Positions 47,050 through 57,456 of a stretch of 64,000 nucleotides of DNA are shown piece after piece. Every line of letters begins with the position of its first letter. Within the stretch, counting starts at the first letter, position 1. The stretch comes from a virus (taxonomy: Duplodnaviria > Caudoviricetes): positions 41,457 to 105,456 of IMG/VR virus record IMGVR_UViG_3300021431_000091, one strand, 5' to 3'. The position numbers and the translations under genes are program-made. The notes under the pieces are model-generated. The model made no database searches. It was not told where the DNA came from and was given only the letters and a program-made list of their open reading frames with translations.

Positions 47050-48777
47050 TTATAGTTCTGGTATAGTAAACAATTCGTCCTTTCTATCAAATATCACGTC
47101 ATCGTCTGGTGTCAGTTCATCAGCAAGCACGGTCACCTCTTTCCCGTCTCTATTAACAAGGAATTCAGCGTCACTGGCAAAGCACAGCTTCTTACCATCC
47201 TCAAACTCAATCTCAACATAATCCTTTCTTGACAGGTCATTTCCGATAATTGTAACATCAGCAGGCTCAAGCCCACCACGCTCAGGCAGAAGGAAACGCT
47301 CAAACAGCAAAGAATAAGGCATCGGGTCAATCTGGGTAATTCCAAGCAGGTAACTTAGAAGGCAACCGCCAGCAGATCCACGTCCAACTCCAACAGCTAT
47401 TCCAGATCTTCTCGCCCAGTTTATCTCATCCCATGTAACAAGATAATAATCGACATTATCCGTGCTTTCAATCACATATTTTTCGTACTCCAGACGCTCA
47501 CGGTATTCCTTTTCCTTGCCTTTCGGAACCAGCCTTTTGAAACCTTCCTCAATAAGCTCGTTGAACATATTGTAGGAATCCCCATATTTCTCCTTTTCCT
47601 CTTCGGTAAGGTCGTATCTGGGCGCATAGTTCTCATCCAGGTCATAGGCAGCATCACTCTCTCCAGCTATAATGACAGTATTCTGGCACATCAGGTCAAA
47701 CACCTCATCTGGGTACTTCTCAGAAAATAGCGCACAGAACTCATCGTAAAGCTGGGTTGTGTCCTTGTAATACTGCTGGTCTGAAAGCTCATGGGTCACT
47801 CCGGTATCGATCTTGTTCAAGATCACCTTGTTCATCCACTCATCCGAATCAATGTAATAGCAGTCCTCAATCAGAACGGGCTCAATGCCCAGCTTCCATT
47901 TACCATTATTATAAAAGGTGTCAAAGTAAGCCTTCTGGGAGTCCAGCAGCATTGAGTCTATTCGGTCAGCCCTGTACTCACTCATATCGACCTGGAAGAA
48001 CACCCAGCCACCAAACGCATCACAGAAATCCTTAAGCAGCTTGGTATTCTGAGCCATCCAGTCACCACTCCATTTGTCAAACACAATCACATTTCCATCA
48101 GCCCTGTTCAGGACCTCCAGGTAATCTATCTTTCCGTCCTCTCGGTCAACATTGATAGCCTTCTGGATACGCAGCAGATTACGGAAGCCCTTCTGGGTGG
48201 AAACATAAATCTTAGCTCCAACTTCAACATCTGCACCAAAGCACATTGTAAGGGAGTAACCAAAAACATAGCCTATCCCAGCTGCCTTTGCTTCCTTCTG
48301 AAGCTGGAGGGTTGCTGCCATTGTATTGCGGTCACAGATACCAATGCTCCTATGTCCCATCCATTTTGCGGTCTTTACCCACTCAGTGATAGGTCCGGAA
48401 CCATTAAGAAGCTCATAAGGTGTGTGAACACCCAGGTTAACATAGGGATGCTTATAGCTTTCCTCATGCTCCTTGCGGTCACCAACATGCCTCAGAGGGT
48501 TCAGCTTAAAGTCCTTCCTCACATCGGTATAGTAGAACTCATTGCCGAACTTCACGATAACATAGAAAATGTCATCAGATATAAGGTACTTTGGAACCTC
48601 AACACAGTCAAACTCAAAGTCCCCAGTATCCTTGTTCTGCTTAAACAGGTGCTCACGCTTGGACATATCCTGAAAAAGGCATCTTCCGAAACCTGGGATG
48701 GTCACCACATCACGGATGATCTTGCCTTCAATCATGTGGTCGTCCAGCCACTGCTTCAACTCATCTATTTCTTTCAT
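47050..48777 (-). CDS. dnaE: DNA polymerase III alpha, N-terminal half (PHP domain; ends in intein-N-like segment)
   Basis: LGVHTPYELLNG, GVGRGSAGGCLLSYLLGIT, LLFERFL. Confidence 0.93.
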   Translation of the reverse strand: MKEIDELKQWLDDHMIEGKIIRDVVTIPGFGRCLFQDMSKREHLFKQNKDTGDFEFDCVEVPKYLISDDIFYVIVKFGNEFYYTDVRKDFKLNPLRHVGDRKEHEESYKHPYVNLGVHTPYELLNGSGPITEWVKTAKWMGHRSIGICDRNTMAATLQLQKEAKAAGIGYVFGYSLTMCFGADVEVGAKIYVSTQKGFRNLLRIQKAINVDREDGKIDYLEVLNRADGNVIVFDKWSGDWMAQNTKLLKDFCDAFGGWVFFQVDMSEYRADRIDSMLLDSQKAYFDTFYNNGKWKLGIEPVLIEDCYYIDSDEWMNKVILNKIDTGVTHELSDQQYYKDTTQLYDEFCALFSEKYPDEVFDLMCQNTVIIAGESDAAYDLDENYAPRYDLTEEEKEKYGDSYNMFNELIEEGFKRLVPKGKEKEYRERLEYEKYVIESTDNVDYYLVTWDEINWARRSGIAVGVGRGSAGGCLLSYLLGITQIDPMPYSLLFERFLLPERGGLEPADVTIIGNDLSRKDYVEIEFEDGKKLCFASDAEFLVNRDGKEVTVLADELTPDDDVIFDRKDELFTIPEL

Positions 48778-49141
48778 CTCTCTTCTGCTCCTTACGTTTC
48801 AACATACTCAGGATAGTGGCAAGACGGAACCAGTATAACGGCTTGTAAGGTGTCCTCTTAACAAAATCCTCATACTCACTAACCTTGATAACCGTAAACT
48901 CAAACTCCCCGCTGAATGGAAACTCATCACCAAGCTGGAGGATCACAACAATATTGTCGTTCCCAGTCTTGCTGCTTGGCTTGAACCTGTTTACATCCAT
49001 AAAGATACTGGACACATTCCAATTCCTACCCATCCTAAAGGCAGCAAGAATATCATCCTTGTAGAATGGTCCGTCCTCGCAACCATCACAGAATTCCTGC
49101 ATAAACCGCTTTTCAGTGCTTTTCAACTTAATCTTCGTCAT
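48761..49141 (-). CDS. Hypothetical protein
   Basis: 126 aa, coupled. Confidence 0.65.
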   Translation of the reverse strand: MTKIKLKSTEKRFMQEFCDGCEDGPFYKDDILAAFRMGRNWNVSSIFMDVNRFKPSSKTGNDNIVVILQLGDEFPFSGEFEFTVIKVSEYEDFVKRTPYKPLYWFRLATILSMLKRKEQKRDERNR

Positions 49142-50169
49142 ATCTCATTCAAATTAAACTCAACCTGGTCAAGCAACCCGTAGGCAAAGGAATCATAAAG
49201 CTCCCACCAGCTGCAATCCGCAATATCCTTGTTTTCATCATCAACGGCCAACTGGAGAGCCAATACGTCAAAATATGGCTCCAGATCCTTCATGGTCTTG
49301 GAAATCTCAGCCTTTGCATCCATATCATAGGCAACAATAACCTGGGTAACGCCCTTCTTCTGTATCTGATACATCTGAAACTGGGAAATCTTCTTACCGA
49401 AAGTGGCCACAGGAACAATCTGATGGTTCTCGTAAAGCTCAAATTCCTTCACCAGCTTCATAACATTAAAGATACCCTCACAAAGGATAACAGTCTCAGT
49501 CTCCCCACGCACAATGCTGTCATAATTAAATAGGAGTTTGGAGAAATCATTTGCATTCTCATCGTCCGTCTTGGTGCTGTTCAGGTATCTCCTAATCTGG
49601 AAAGTTGAATGCGCGTTATGCTCCTCTATATAGGCCTTGCTCTGGATGTTCCTGCCAATAAAGCCCACACACTTGCCGTTCATGATAATCTGGAAAATCA
49701 CATAGTCATCATACTTCCAGTTCATACCCCTGGTAGTGCCGACTGGGAACATATCGTACATTTCCATTATAAAACCGCGAGACTTGAGGTACTTGTTCTT
49801 GAATGTTCTCTTCCAGCCCTTAGGCATCTCGATTTCATTCAGTTCCTCATCCATCTCATCATCTTCATCCATAAAGGAAATAAGATCCTCAGGCTCAGCC
49901 TCCAGCTCAACGGTCTCCTTAACCGCCAAATCCATGCGGCCTATATCCCTAAGAAAGTCATTGAATTTTGTTGTTGTATGCCCACACTTGAAGCAGTGGG
50001 TCACAAACAGCTTCTCGTCAGTAATGCAAATTCCGAACTTATCACCCTTCTTTCCACAGTAAGGACAGACTGGAACAATGATGTTCTTCCTACCACCGTC
50101 TATTCTGCCATTAAGCTCGGCACAAAGCTCTCTGATAATGTCCTGCTTTCGCTCTTCTGAAATGTGCAT
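49138..50169 (-). CDS. DNA primase (Zn finger plus TOPRIM)
   Basis: CPYC...CFKC; ILCEGIFN; AYDMD. Confidence 0.88.
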   Translation of the reverse strand: MHISEERKQDIIRELCAELNGRIDGGRKNIIVPVCPYCGKKGDKFGICITDEKLFVTHCFKCGHTTTKFNDFLRDIGRMDLAVKETVELEAEPEDLISFMDEDDEMDEELNEIEMPKGWKRTFKNKYLKSRGFIMEMYDMFPVGTTRGMNWKYDDYVIFQIIMNGKCVGFIGRNIQSKAYIEEHNAHSTFQIRRYLNSTKTDDENANDFSKLLFNYDSIVRGETETVILCEGIFNVMKLVKEFELYENHQIVPVATFGKKISQFQMYQIQKKGVTQVIVAYDMDAKAEISKTMKDLEPYFDVLALQLAVDDENKDIADCSWWELYDSFAYGLLDQVEFNLNEI

Positions 50170-50231
50170 AATCCCCTAAAGGAAAATAGAATGTTCGGGA
50201 ATTATGCCCCACTTCAAATGAAATATCGGTG

Positions 50232-50263
50232 CAAAGATAAGGAATTTATGAATCAAATCCAAA
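50232..50263 (-). promoter_or_regulatory. Bacteroidetes promoter for primase-DnaE operon
   Basis: TTTG, 20 nt, TATCTTTG on minus strand. Confidence 0.75.
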
Positions 50264-50309
50264 CCCTTTTGCACCGATGTTTAATCCTTTTGATGAATTT
50301 TTACTTATT

Positions 50310-51662
50310 TTAAGAAGCCATGTTGAGGGTCCTATCTGGATCATAAAATTTTTCATGCTCATAGTCCGTCGCAATCCTGATAGGCTCACCCTGTGGGAAG
50401 AACCTGGACTTGGCAAAATACAGTCTCATTACACGCTCCTTGCGTTCCTTAGATGTCTGGTTCAGTGTCACCAGATGGGTCACTGCATAGGAAACGCCCT
50501 TGGCCTCAGAACAGTTATGCTCTGTAAGCACAAAGCTCTCATCCTCAGTCAGCTTAGGGTCTGGAACATTGGCCTGGTAGGTAACAACAGCCCAAAGGTC
50601 ACGCTCACCAGCAATATCCTTAACCTCCTTTGTCATATTGATGCGGTTCTGCCTTACATCATCCTTTCCCTTTGCCTTCTCAGCTGGGTCAAGCAGGTCA
50701 CCGGAGTCAATGATAAGCACGTCTGGGTTCTTGCCAAATTTCTTCTGATATTCATCCAGCACATTGTTTATATCTACTGTTGTTACTCGCTTTCCGAATT
50801 TTGGGAATCCACGGACCACCAGCGTACCGGCAGCCATCTCAACCAGTTTCTCATACTGCTTCATAGCATGGTCGTTAATCATTCCGGATTCATACAGCCT
50901 TGACTCAACACCAACCAGGCCAGCTGAATAAGCATCTGTCGTCTCTGAGGTGCTGCCCTCAAGCTGGATATGAAGAACATCCAGTCCGCTGGTGTAGCAG
51001 GCATTGGTTCCTATGTGGCGTGCAATATGTGACTTACCCACACCAGTCTTTGCCAGGAACATTGAAAGTTGCCCTCTCAGGTTACGTCCCTGGTTCATCT
51101 CATCCATCTTGTGAATGTAGAAACTGGTGATAGCCTTCTTCCTGCTGTTGTCGTTATGCTTCTCCCTATTGGAAATAAACCTCTCATGGAAAGTGCTGAC
51201 AACATCAACAAACTCCTCCTGCTTAAGGCTGAACCTCTTGATTTCCTCAGCGTCCTTATAGAACTGCTCAACAGCCTCCATTCCGTCAGTACTCTGGTAT
51301 ATCTTTCCGATTTCCTTGTACGAACGCTGGAACATGGTAAGCTTAAGGTATTTCTCAAGCTGCTCCAGAAGTACGTCAGGATCGATCTCTTCAGCCTCAT
51401 CCTGTATCTCATCCAGCAGCTCCAGAACTGCGCGACTGGAAGCTACCGTCTGCTTGATAATTCCGTACTTCGGGGCACTCTTGTGTGTGAAATAATGCTT
51501 TGTAATTGCCACATGGAGGGACTGGAAATCCTGGGTGGGCAATAGTTCCTCTTCCATATACTGCGACACAGCAGCACAAACCTGGCTGTTGTTAATTGCA
51601 CCCCAGTAAAGCTGTTTGAGGTATTCTGGGGTCAGTACGTTGTTTTTCTTAATTGTTGCCAT
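50310..51662 (-). CDS. DnaB-like replicative helicase
   Basis: AKTGVGKS, IQLEG, IIDSGD, TYQAN, AKSR. Confidence 0.9.
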   Translation of the reverse strand: MATIKKNNVLTPEYLKQLYWGAINNSQVCAAVSQYMEEELLPTQDFQSLHVAITKHYFTHKSAPKYGIIKQTVASSRAVLELLDEIQDEAEEIDPDVLLEQLEKYLKLTMFQRSYKEIGKIYQSTDGMEAVEQFYKDAEEIKRFSLKQEEFVDVVSTFHERFISNREKHNDNSRKKAITSFYIHKMDEMNQGRNLRGQLSMFLAKTGVGKSHIARHIGTNACYTSGLDVLHIQLEGSTSETTDAYSAGLVGVESRLYESGMINDHAMKQYEKLVEMAAGTLVVRGFPKFGKRVTTVDINNVLDEYQKKFGKNPDVLIIDSGDLLDPAEKAKGKDDVRQNRINMTKEVKDIAGERDLWAVVTYQANVPDPKLTEDESFVLTEHNCSEAKGVSYAVTHLVTLNQTSKERKERVMRLYFAKSRFFPQGEPIRIATDYEHEKFYDPDRTLNMAS

Positions 51663-52266
51663 CTTCTAATCTTAATCTCATTAATTCGGGGTATCTCTTA
51701 GTAGTTATCTCTTTGCATTTAGCAGTGAACTCACATTCTGAACAGGCATTGGAACCAGGACTCCAGCCTAACGTTTTCATTGAGCAAAGCACAAGTCCGG
51801 CCTCAGTATTCAAAAACCTCCTTTTCACAAGCTCGTCACTGGGCATCTCAATGTACTGTCTCCACTTGTTAGGCTTCGGTCCGGCTATGTAATCCGTTAT
51901 TACCTGTCTCTTTACATCTATGGAATCAAGCCACTGGTCAATATAATAGTCAATCCTGGGGTTTCCGTCTCCAAAATACTGGTTCCTGTACTTTTCGATT
52001 GCGGTCTTTCCCCAGCACCACCTCCAGTCAAAATGCGTAGGTGCCTTACCTATTATATTATCAACATACCTGTAGACCTGATACACCATAAAGTCAGTTA
52101 TGCGCTGGTCAGACATCCCCATAGGAAACAGCTTCTCCAGGTCATCAAGTCCAGCAGAAACAGCTGCCTGAGGAATACCGCCACCTGGAAGCCTGAACTT
52201 TGCATCCATCTTGACTACCAGCCTGGCAAATATCCTGACCACGCGCTCAACCTTGTTCTGATCCAT
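51649..52266 (-). CDS. Hypothetical protein with C-terminal Cys cluster
   Basis: 205 aa, coupled to helicase. Confidence 0.75.
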   Translation of the reverse strand: MDQNKVERVVRIFARLVVKMDAKFRLPGGGIPQAAVSAGLDDLEKLFPMGMSDQRITDFMVYQVYRYVDNIIGKAPTHFDWRWCWGKTAIEKYRNQYFGDGNPRIDYYIDQWLDSIDVKRQVITDYIAGPKPNKWRQYIEMPSDELVKRRFLNTEAGLVLCSMKTLGWSPGSNACSECEFTAKCKEITTKRYPELMRLRLEDGNN

Positions 52267-52945
52267 CTTCGTTTGACAAATTATTACTCTCGTTTTCTCT
52301 CTTCTTGAACATAGCCTTAAGGAACTCGCTCCTGAGTGTCCCGTCCCTGTTCAGAATGTCCTTAAGCTCCTTGCGGGCCTGGAATATCCTTGACTTGACG
52401 TTCTCCTCATTCTTTCTCTTAAGGTGTCCTCTCATGAACTCAATCTCCGTAATCTCCTTGATGGTGTAGCCCTGCACCTGCAATATGAATGCGGAAAGCT
52501 TATGGGGCTGGATCATCCTCAGGGCAGCCACAAGCTCATCAGGCAAACAGTCGCTCATATCCTTTTCATGGAAAGCGTTGTTGTTGATGACAAACTCGCG
52601 GGCTGTCTTTGAGGACATCGGATTGTTGTCGGAGTATTTGGTGTCGTGATCGAACCTCCTCTTGTTAAGCTCCTGGCAGCACCTTCTTACACAGATATGG
52701 ATCCATGTATGAAGCGGTCTTTCAGGATTGTAGGACTGGATGTATTTGTAGAACTCGGTAAGCACTATACCGAAACTCTCATCCACATTCTCCTTCCTGT
52801 CAGTGTACTTGCATGTCAGAGAATACACCATGTCGTAGTTAGGCAGGATGTATTTCTCAAACAATGCATTGTTCAGCCTGGGATCCTTACCATTTAGGAT
52901 GGGCTTTCCGTTTCTGTCGAGGTAGATTTCTTGCTCGCGTTCCAT
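52247..52945 (-). CDS. Phage sigma-70/ECF-like sigma factor
   Basis: Region 2 (YKYIQSYNPERPLHTWIHI) and region 4 (GYTIKEI...NVKSRIFQARKELK). Confidence 0.85.
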   Translation of the reverse strand: MEREQEIYLDRNGKPILNGKDPRLNNALFEKYILPNYDMVYSLTCKYTDRKENVDESFGIVLTEFYKYIQSYNPERPLHTWIHICVRRCCQELNKRRFDHDTKYSDNNPMSSKTAREFVINNNAFHEKDMSDCLPDELVAALRMIQPHKLSAFILQVQGYTIKEITEIEFMRGHLKRKNEENVKSRIFQARKELKDILNRDGTLRSEFLKAMFKKRENESNNLSNEDGSEQG

Positions 52946-53253
52946 TCTTCAGATACTGCATACTTGAACATTCCTTCTGCTTTTACTCTGTCAGCCTCCT
53001 TTTCGAAACGCTTCTTGCAGAAACGCCTCCAGGCTCCATCCAGTGCCTTGAACATCATAGCAATGGACTCTTCGGTTGGCTTGAAAGTGCCGTCCTCATT
53101 CCATTCAACCTCAAACTCCAGCTTCTCACCATTGAGAACTGGAATCTTCTCACCTCTCAGGTACAGCACGAAATCCAGGAAAAGGTGCTGCAACACATCG
53201 TTGGCAGACATCTTACTGAATTTCAGCTTCTTTGTTTTCGCGCAGTTAGCCAT
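52894..53253 (-). CDS. Hypothetical protein
   Basis: 119 aa. Confidence 0.65.
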   Translation of the reverse strand: MANCAKTKKLKFSKMSANDVLQHLFLDFVLYLRGEKIPVLNGEKLEFEVEWNEDGTFKPTEESIAMMFKALDGAWRRFCKKRFEKEADRVKAEGMFKYAVSEEWNASKKSTSTETESPS

Positions 53254-53258
53254 AATCT

Positions 53259-53780
53259 TTACCGTTTTAAATCGTTTTTATATAAGTGTACAAAATAGAA
53301 CCACACACAGGCAGCGTCACAGGCATCGTGCTTGCCCTCGAAATCCAGATGGTATCTCTCGGCAGCATACTTTAGCATAAGCTTCTTGTCGGCATTACCG
53401 TTTCCAGTCGTATGTTTCTTGATGCTCTTCACATTGAAATAGCGAACTGGGATACCCATTTCGGCAGCTACAAGCAACATAACCCCGTGAAGCTGTGCCA
53501 ATTTGATGGTAGAAAGGGCGTATCTGGAGAAATTCAGCTCCTCAACAGCCAGAACCTTAATGTGGTGCTTCAATATCATGTCCTCCAGCCAGTCAGCGAA
53601 TGCAATGTACTGGTTATAGTCCGGACCAAGCTTCTTGGGTGCCTTGTCATTTGTCGGGAAATAAGCCACGCCATAGTTGTCGATATTGATATAATAGCCA
53701 CAATGTTCTGCTATGTCAAGGGCAAGTATCTCATCCTTCCTCAGCCCTTCCTTTATTATATCTGGGATCGTCTTTGCCAT
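53259..53780 (-). CDS. ruvC: RuvC-like Holliday junction resolvase
   Basis: LALDIA, VEE, TGNGNADK, DACDA; ATG 53780. Confidence 0.88.
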   Translation of the reverse strand: MAKTIPDIIKEGLRKDEILALDIAEHCGYYINIDNYGVAYFPTNDKAPKKLGPDYNQYIAFADWLEDMILKHHIKVLAVEELNFSRYALSTIKLAQLHGVMLLVAAEMGIPVRYFNVKSIKKHTTGNGNADKKLMLKYAAERYHLDFEGKHDACDAACVWFYFVHLYKNDLKR

Positions 53781-56146
53781 CAGCTTCTTGATATTGTTGA
53801 AACCCCACAATACTTTCGGACTACCAGCTGGTGCGGATAACCCTCAGATGTCATTCCCTGGGTAATCAAGAGCAATGTGATACCAAGTTTGTTCGCTATG
53901 TCGGCAACACCCATGATACCGGCCTCCTCGCAGCTGTCCATAATCTCGTCAATGCAGATAAGGTTAAGACCTCCGCTTTCAGAAGTGAGGTTGGTCATCC
54001 TATGCATGGCTACGATATTGGCAAACATGATACGCGCCTTCTCACCAGCAGAACACTTAAGGAATGACCCCTTATCCTCCCCGTCACGCTCAACCGAAAT
54101 GGAGATCTTGTCACGTACCTTTCCGGTCTTTGTGGTGGTATAACCTGAAAGCCTTACCCTCAAGGTGCTACCTACATCCTGGAGAACCTGGTTGGTAATC
54201 TGGGCAATTGAGTTGATCTTGGTGTTGGCCAGGTGCGTCTTGAATCCAGCAAAAAGAACTTCCTGCTCCTTCAGGACATCAACGGCCTTCTTCTTCTCAG
54301 CCTTGACAGCATCAGCCTTCTTCTTCTCAGCCTCTGCCTCTTCCAGATGAACCTTAACCTGGGCAATCACATCAACAACAGTTGACTCCTCCAGCTTCTT
54401 GATAGATTCCTGGTAGGCCGCAATTGACTGCTCGGCCATCTCAATACGCTGCTCCAAGGATTTCTTTGTGAGCTTCATGGTCTTAATTGAGGATTCCAGT
54501 ATATCAACAGCCTCGTCAATCATATCATCTGCAACTGACTCAATGCTCTTGTTGGTCACCTCAATCCTGGACTCCAGGTGCTCAATCTTCTTGTTTCTGG
54601 TCTCCAGCTCTGACTCAAGCTCCTCAAGGTCGTTCTCGTATTTGCGGACGGTTTTCTTGTACTCATTCCTGAACTCCTTGCGCTTTTCAATGTCCTTGTC
54701 AACATCCTGGAGGTCAAGCTTGCAGTCATCCAGGTACTTCTTAGCATCATCAAGAGCCTTATTGGTATCATCAAGCTGGGAGTCTGCCAGATCCTTCTCG
54801 CCTTTGTAGCCGTCACTCATGGCCACCAGTTCCTCAACGGATGTCTTGTCCGTGTCGAGAATGAATTGGTGGTGACATTGTGGACATTCAACTGAGCCTC
54901 GAATCTGGGCGGCAATACGCTTTATCTTGTTCTCCAGCTCCTCAATCTCATCACTCTTTCTTGAAGCCTTCTCCTTGAGGTCATCAAGCTTTTTCGTGTA
55001 CTTAAGAATATCAGCCTCAATTTCCTCGCGTTCCTTGATGTCCTGGGAATCCTTGGCATCCAGTTTCTTGCAATTTTCTTCATATTCCTTCTTAGCCTTT
55101 TCAAGCTGGGCACGCATGTTCTCAATGTCCTTACTGAACTCATCAGTACCAGCAACAAGGTCATCATGGTTTTTCTTCAGTGCTTCCAGATCATCGGTAA
55201 ACGACTTGATCTTGGAACCCCAGTCACTCATGCTGATGTCTGCGTAGTGCTCATAAAGCATCTTCCTGACCAGCTTGTACTTGGATTCAAAATCCATATC
55301 CTCGTCATGCAATTCATCAACCTTGTCGGCTGTCTCATTCATGGCATCGATACTGGTGGAAAGCTTACTTATTGTGTCCTTGTTCTCACGTATTGTAGCA
55401 CGTTCCTCAGCCATGCTGTTCTTGTACTCCTGGATGGTCTGCTTCTTTTTCTCCTCAGTCTCGGAAGCCTTTTCCTTGGCTGTGTCAATCTGGGACTGGA
55501 AGGCACTTATCTTGCCGTCAACCTCGGCAACCTTAAGCTCAGCGTCACTAAGCTCCTCCTCAGCGTCGGCAATATCCAGCTTCAGGGCCTCAATAGCCTC
55601 GTCAACCAGAATACCATTTGAAAAGGTGTTGATGATTTCCTTCTTCTCCTTGTCGGATGCATCAAAGAAGGACTTGAAGCGGTTGTTGTTCAGGAGGTAG
55701 TTGTTATAGAGGTCGGTCTTGGAAATGCCAAGGATCTCGAAAATCCTCTTGTTCATATCCTGCACTGATACAAACGGGAGATAGCTGGGAATCTCATTCT
55801 CAACCAGGGTAACATCCACCTTCTGACTCTCACCGCGCTCAATCCTTCTCTTGATGATCATCCTCAGGTCGGTTTCGTGGTTGTAAAAATCCAGTTCAAC
55901 CTCAGCATAGTCCTCATCGTCACGTATGATCTCCTCAATGGAGTTGACCTTCTTGAAAGCCTCTCCAGTGATACCAAAACCAATAGCTTCCATAAACGAC
56001 GACTTACCGGAACCGTTACGCTTCTGGTTGTCCCCGTCATCCTCGTTCTCGCCAAAAATAATGGTGGCCACGTTCTTATTTATATTGTACTCCAGCTTCT
56101 GAAAAGTACAAATGTTTCTTGCCTTAATGCTTTGCAGGTTCCACAT
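53780..56146 (-). CDS. sbcC: SbcC/Rad50-like SMC ATPase
   Basis: NGSGKSS, coiled coils, CPQC hook, CSAGEKAR, ICIDE; ATG 56146. Confidence 0.92.
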   Translation of the reverse strand: MWNLQSIKARNICTFQKLEYNINKNVATIIFGENEDDGDNQKRNGSGKSSFMEAIGFGITGEAFKKVNSIEEIIRDDEDYAEVELDFYNHETDLRMIIKRRIERGESQKVDVTLVENEIPSYLPFVSVQDMNKRIFEILGISKTDLYNNYLLNNNRFKSFFDASDKEKKEIINTFSNGILVDEAIEALKLDIADAEEELSDAELKVAEVDGKISAFQSQIDTAKEKASETEEKKKQTIQEYKNSMAEERATIRENKDTISKLSTSIDAMNETADKVDELHDEDMDFESKYKLVRKMLYEHYADISMSDWGSKIKSFTDDLEALKKNHDDLVAGTDEFSKDIENMRAQLEKAKKEYEENCKKLDAKDSQDIKEREEIEADILKYTKKLDDLKEKASRKSDEIEELENKIKRIAAQIRGSVECPQCHHQFILDTDKTSVEELVAMSDGYKGEKDLADSQLDDTNKALDDAKKYLDDCKLDLQDVDKDIEKRKEFRNEYKKTVRKYENDLEELESELETRNKKIEHLESRIEVTNKSIESVADDMIDEAVDILESSIKTMKLTKKSLEQRIEMAEQSIAAYQESIKKLEESTVVDVIAQVKVHLEEAEAEKKKADAVKAEKKKAVDVLKEQEVLFAGFKTHLANTKINSIAQITNQVLQDVGSTLRVRLSGYTTTKTGKVRDKISISVERDGEDKGSFLKCSAGEKARIMFANIVAMHRMTNLTSESGGLNLICIDEIMDSCEEAGIMGVADIANKLGITLLLITQGMTSEGYPHQLVVRKYCGVSTISRS

Positions 56147-56148
56147 AG

Positions 56149-56346
56149 TTATTCCTCCTCCCCGTACTTTAAGGCAAACAAAATCACCATAGCTCCAAGA
56201 ACCATAAGGCAAAATGTTACCTGAATGGCACCTAAGACATGATAGAAATGCGGGCAATTATCCACACTCATAAGTGCTGCCCCGCAAAATGCAGAGAACA
56301 GGAAGTGAGCTGCCAGTATCAATATTCCCTTAACCCAATTCTTCAT
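56149..56346 (-). CDS. Small 2-TM membrane protein
   Basis: 65 aa hydrophobic, between sbcD and sbcC. Confidence 0.6.
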   Translation of the reverse strand: MKNWVKGILILAAHFLFSAFCGAALMSVDNCPHFYHVLGAIQVTFCLMVLGAMVILFALKYGEEE

Positions 56347-57377
56347 ACCAAAACCTTGTTTAGATATTTCATGCCCAGCTCACTGTCGCAATTCTTCTCG
56401 TCACAATAGCTGGGATATTCACTCTTGATACCCTGGGAGTCATACTTCTTGCTCAAATCCTCATCGGTTGCCTTTGACACCTTGGCTTCCTCAGTATTGA
56501 ACTCGAACTTTGTAACACCCAGTCCGTACCAGTGTTCCTTATCAACAGTTTTCTTCTGAGCCTCCGTACACTCAACACGGAGCTTCACATAGTAACCGTC
56601 ATCAGAGTAGTCCTTTATAGTCTCTTCCAGCTTGTCATCCAGCTCTCCGAAATCCTTCTCAAGCGTGACAAACCTCATATTCTCCTGGTTCTGGATGAAT
56701 GAATAGGAGCCATCTGCAAAAAGCAATGTGTAGCCCTTCTTGTCATCCTCGCCAAAATCCTTCTGCTTGGATGAACCAATGTATTCGATATTGGTATTCT
56801 TGATTTTCTTGCGGTTATGGTAATGCCCGACCAGGACAGCCTTGAATCCCTTGAAAATCTCATTTGGAATATCGTCATCCGCAACAAAGTCACCAAGACC
56901 TCCAGCTATGCCCTCATGGAGATAAAGCATGGTACAACTGGGATCTGCCATTTTCTTGACATCCTCCAACTTATCGGGAAATACATCCTCCGGCCAGTAT
57001 CTCATGACGATAAGCGAAAGGTCACCATCAAGCTTGAACTGGTAAGGCGCATCATTGACAACCGTAACATGCGGATATGCCTCAAAAAGAGTCGGGTATC
57101 CGAATGGTGCCATCTTATCAACGACATCATGGTTACCAAGTGCTATCACAAGCTGGATGCCACGATACTCAGCCTTCTCAATACATTTCTTTACGGTAAT
57201 CAGAACCTCAAGAGGCTGGGAAGATCTGTCAGTAAAAACATCACCCCCAATGATAACCGTAAAGACGTTGTTGGCCTTGGCCTGCTCCAGCATCTCATCC
57301 CAGTTCAGAATAAAATCATTGATTGTGTTCTTGGTAATGTGCATATCATTAACCAAGAGTGCAACAGCCTTCTTCAT
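56343..57377 (-). CDS. sbcD: SbcD/Mre11-like nuclease
   Basis: NDMH, GGDVF, GNHD, GHYH. Confidence 0.92.
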   Translation of the reverse strand: MKKAVALLVNDMHITKNTINDFILNWDEMLEQAKANNVFTVIIGGDVFTDRSSQPLEVLITVKKCIEKAEYRGIQLVIALGNHDVVDKMAPFGYPTLFEAYPHVTVVNDAPYQFKLDGDLSLIVMRYWPEDVFPDKLEDVKKMADPSCTMLYLHEGIAGGLGDFVADDDIPNEIFKGFKAVLVGHYHNRKKIKNTNIEYIGSSKQKDFGEDDKKGYTLLFADGSYSFIQNQENMRFVTLEKDFGELDDKLEETIKDYSDDGYYVKLRVECTEAQKKTVDKEHWYGLGVTKFEFNTEEAKVSKATDEDLSKKYDSQGIKSEYPSYCDEKNCDSELGMKYLNKVLV

Positions 57378-57456
57378 AGTCTCACCTTTTATTTAAGAAG
57401 TGCCGTACCGATTGCCCAGCACGGCACTCCCGAATTAAAACGAAGATGCAGTTAGA

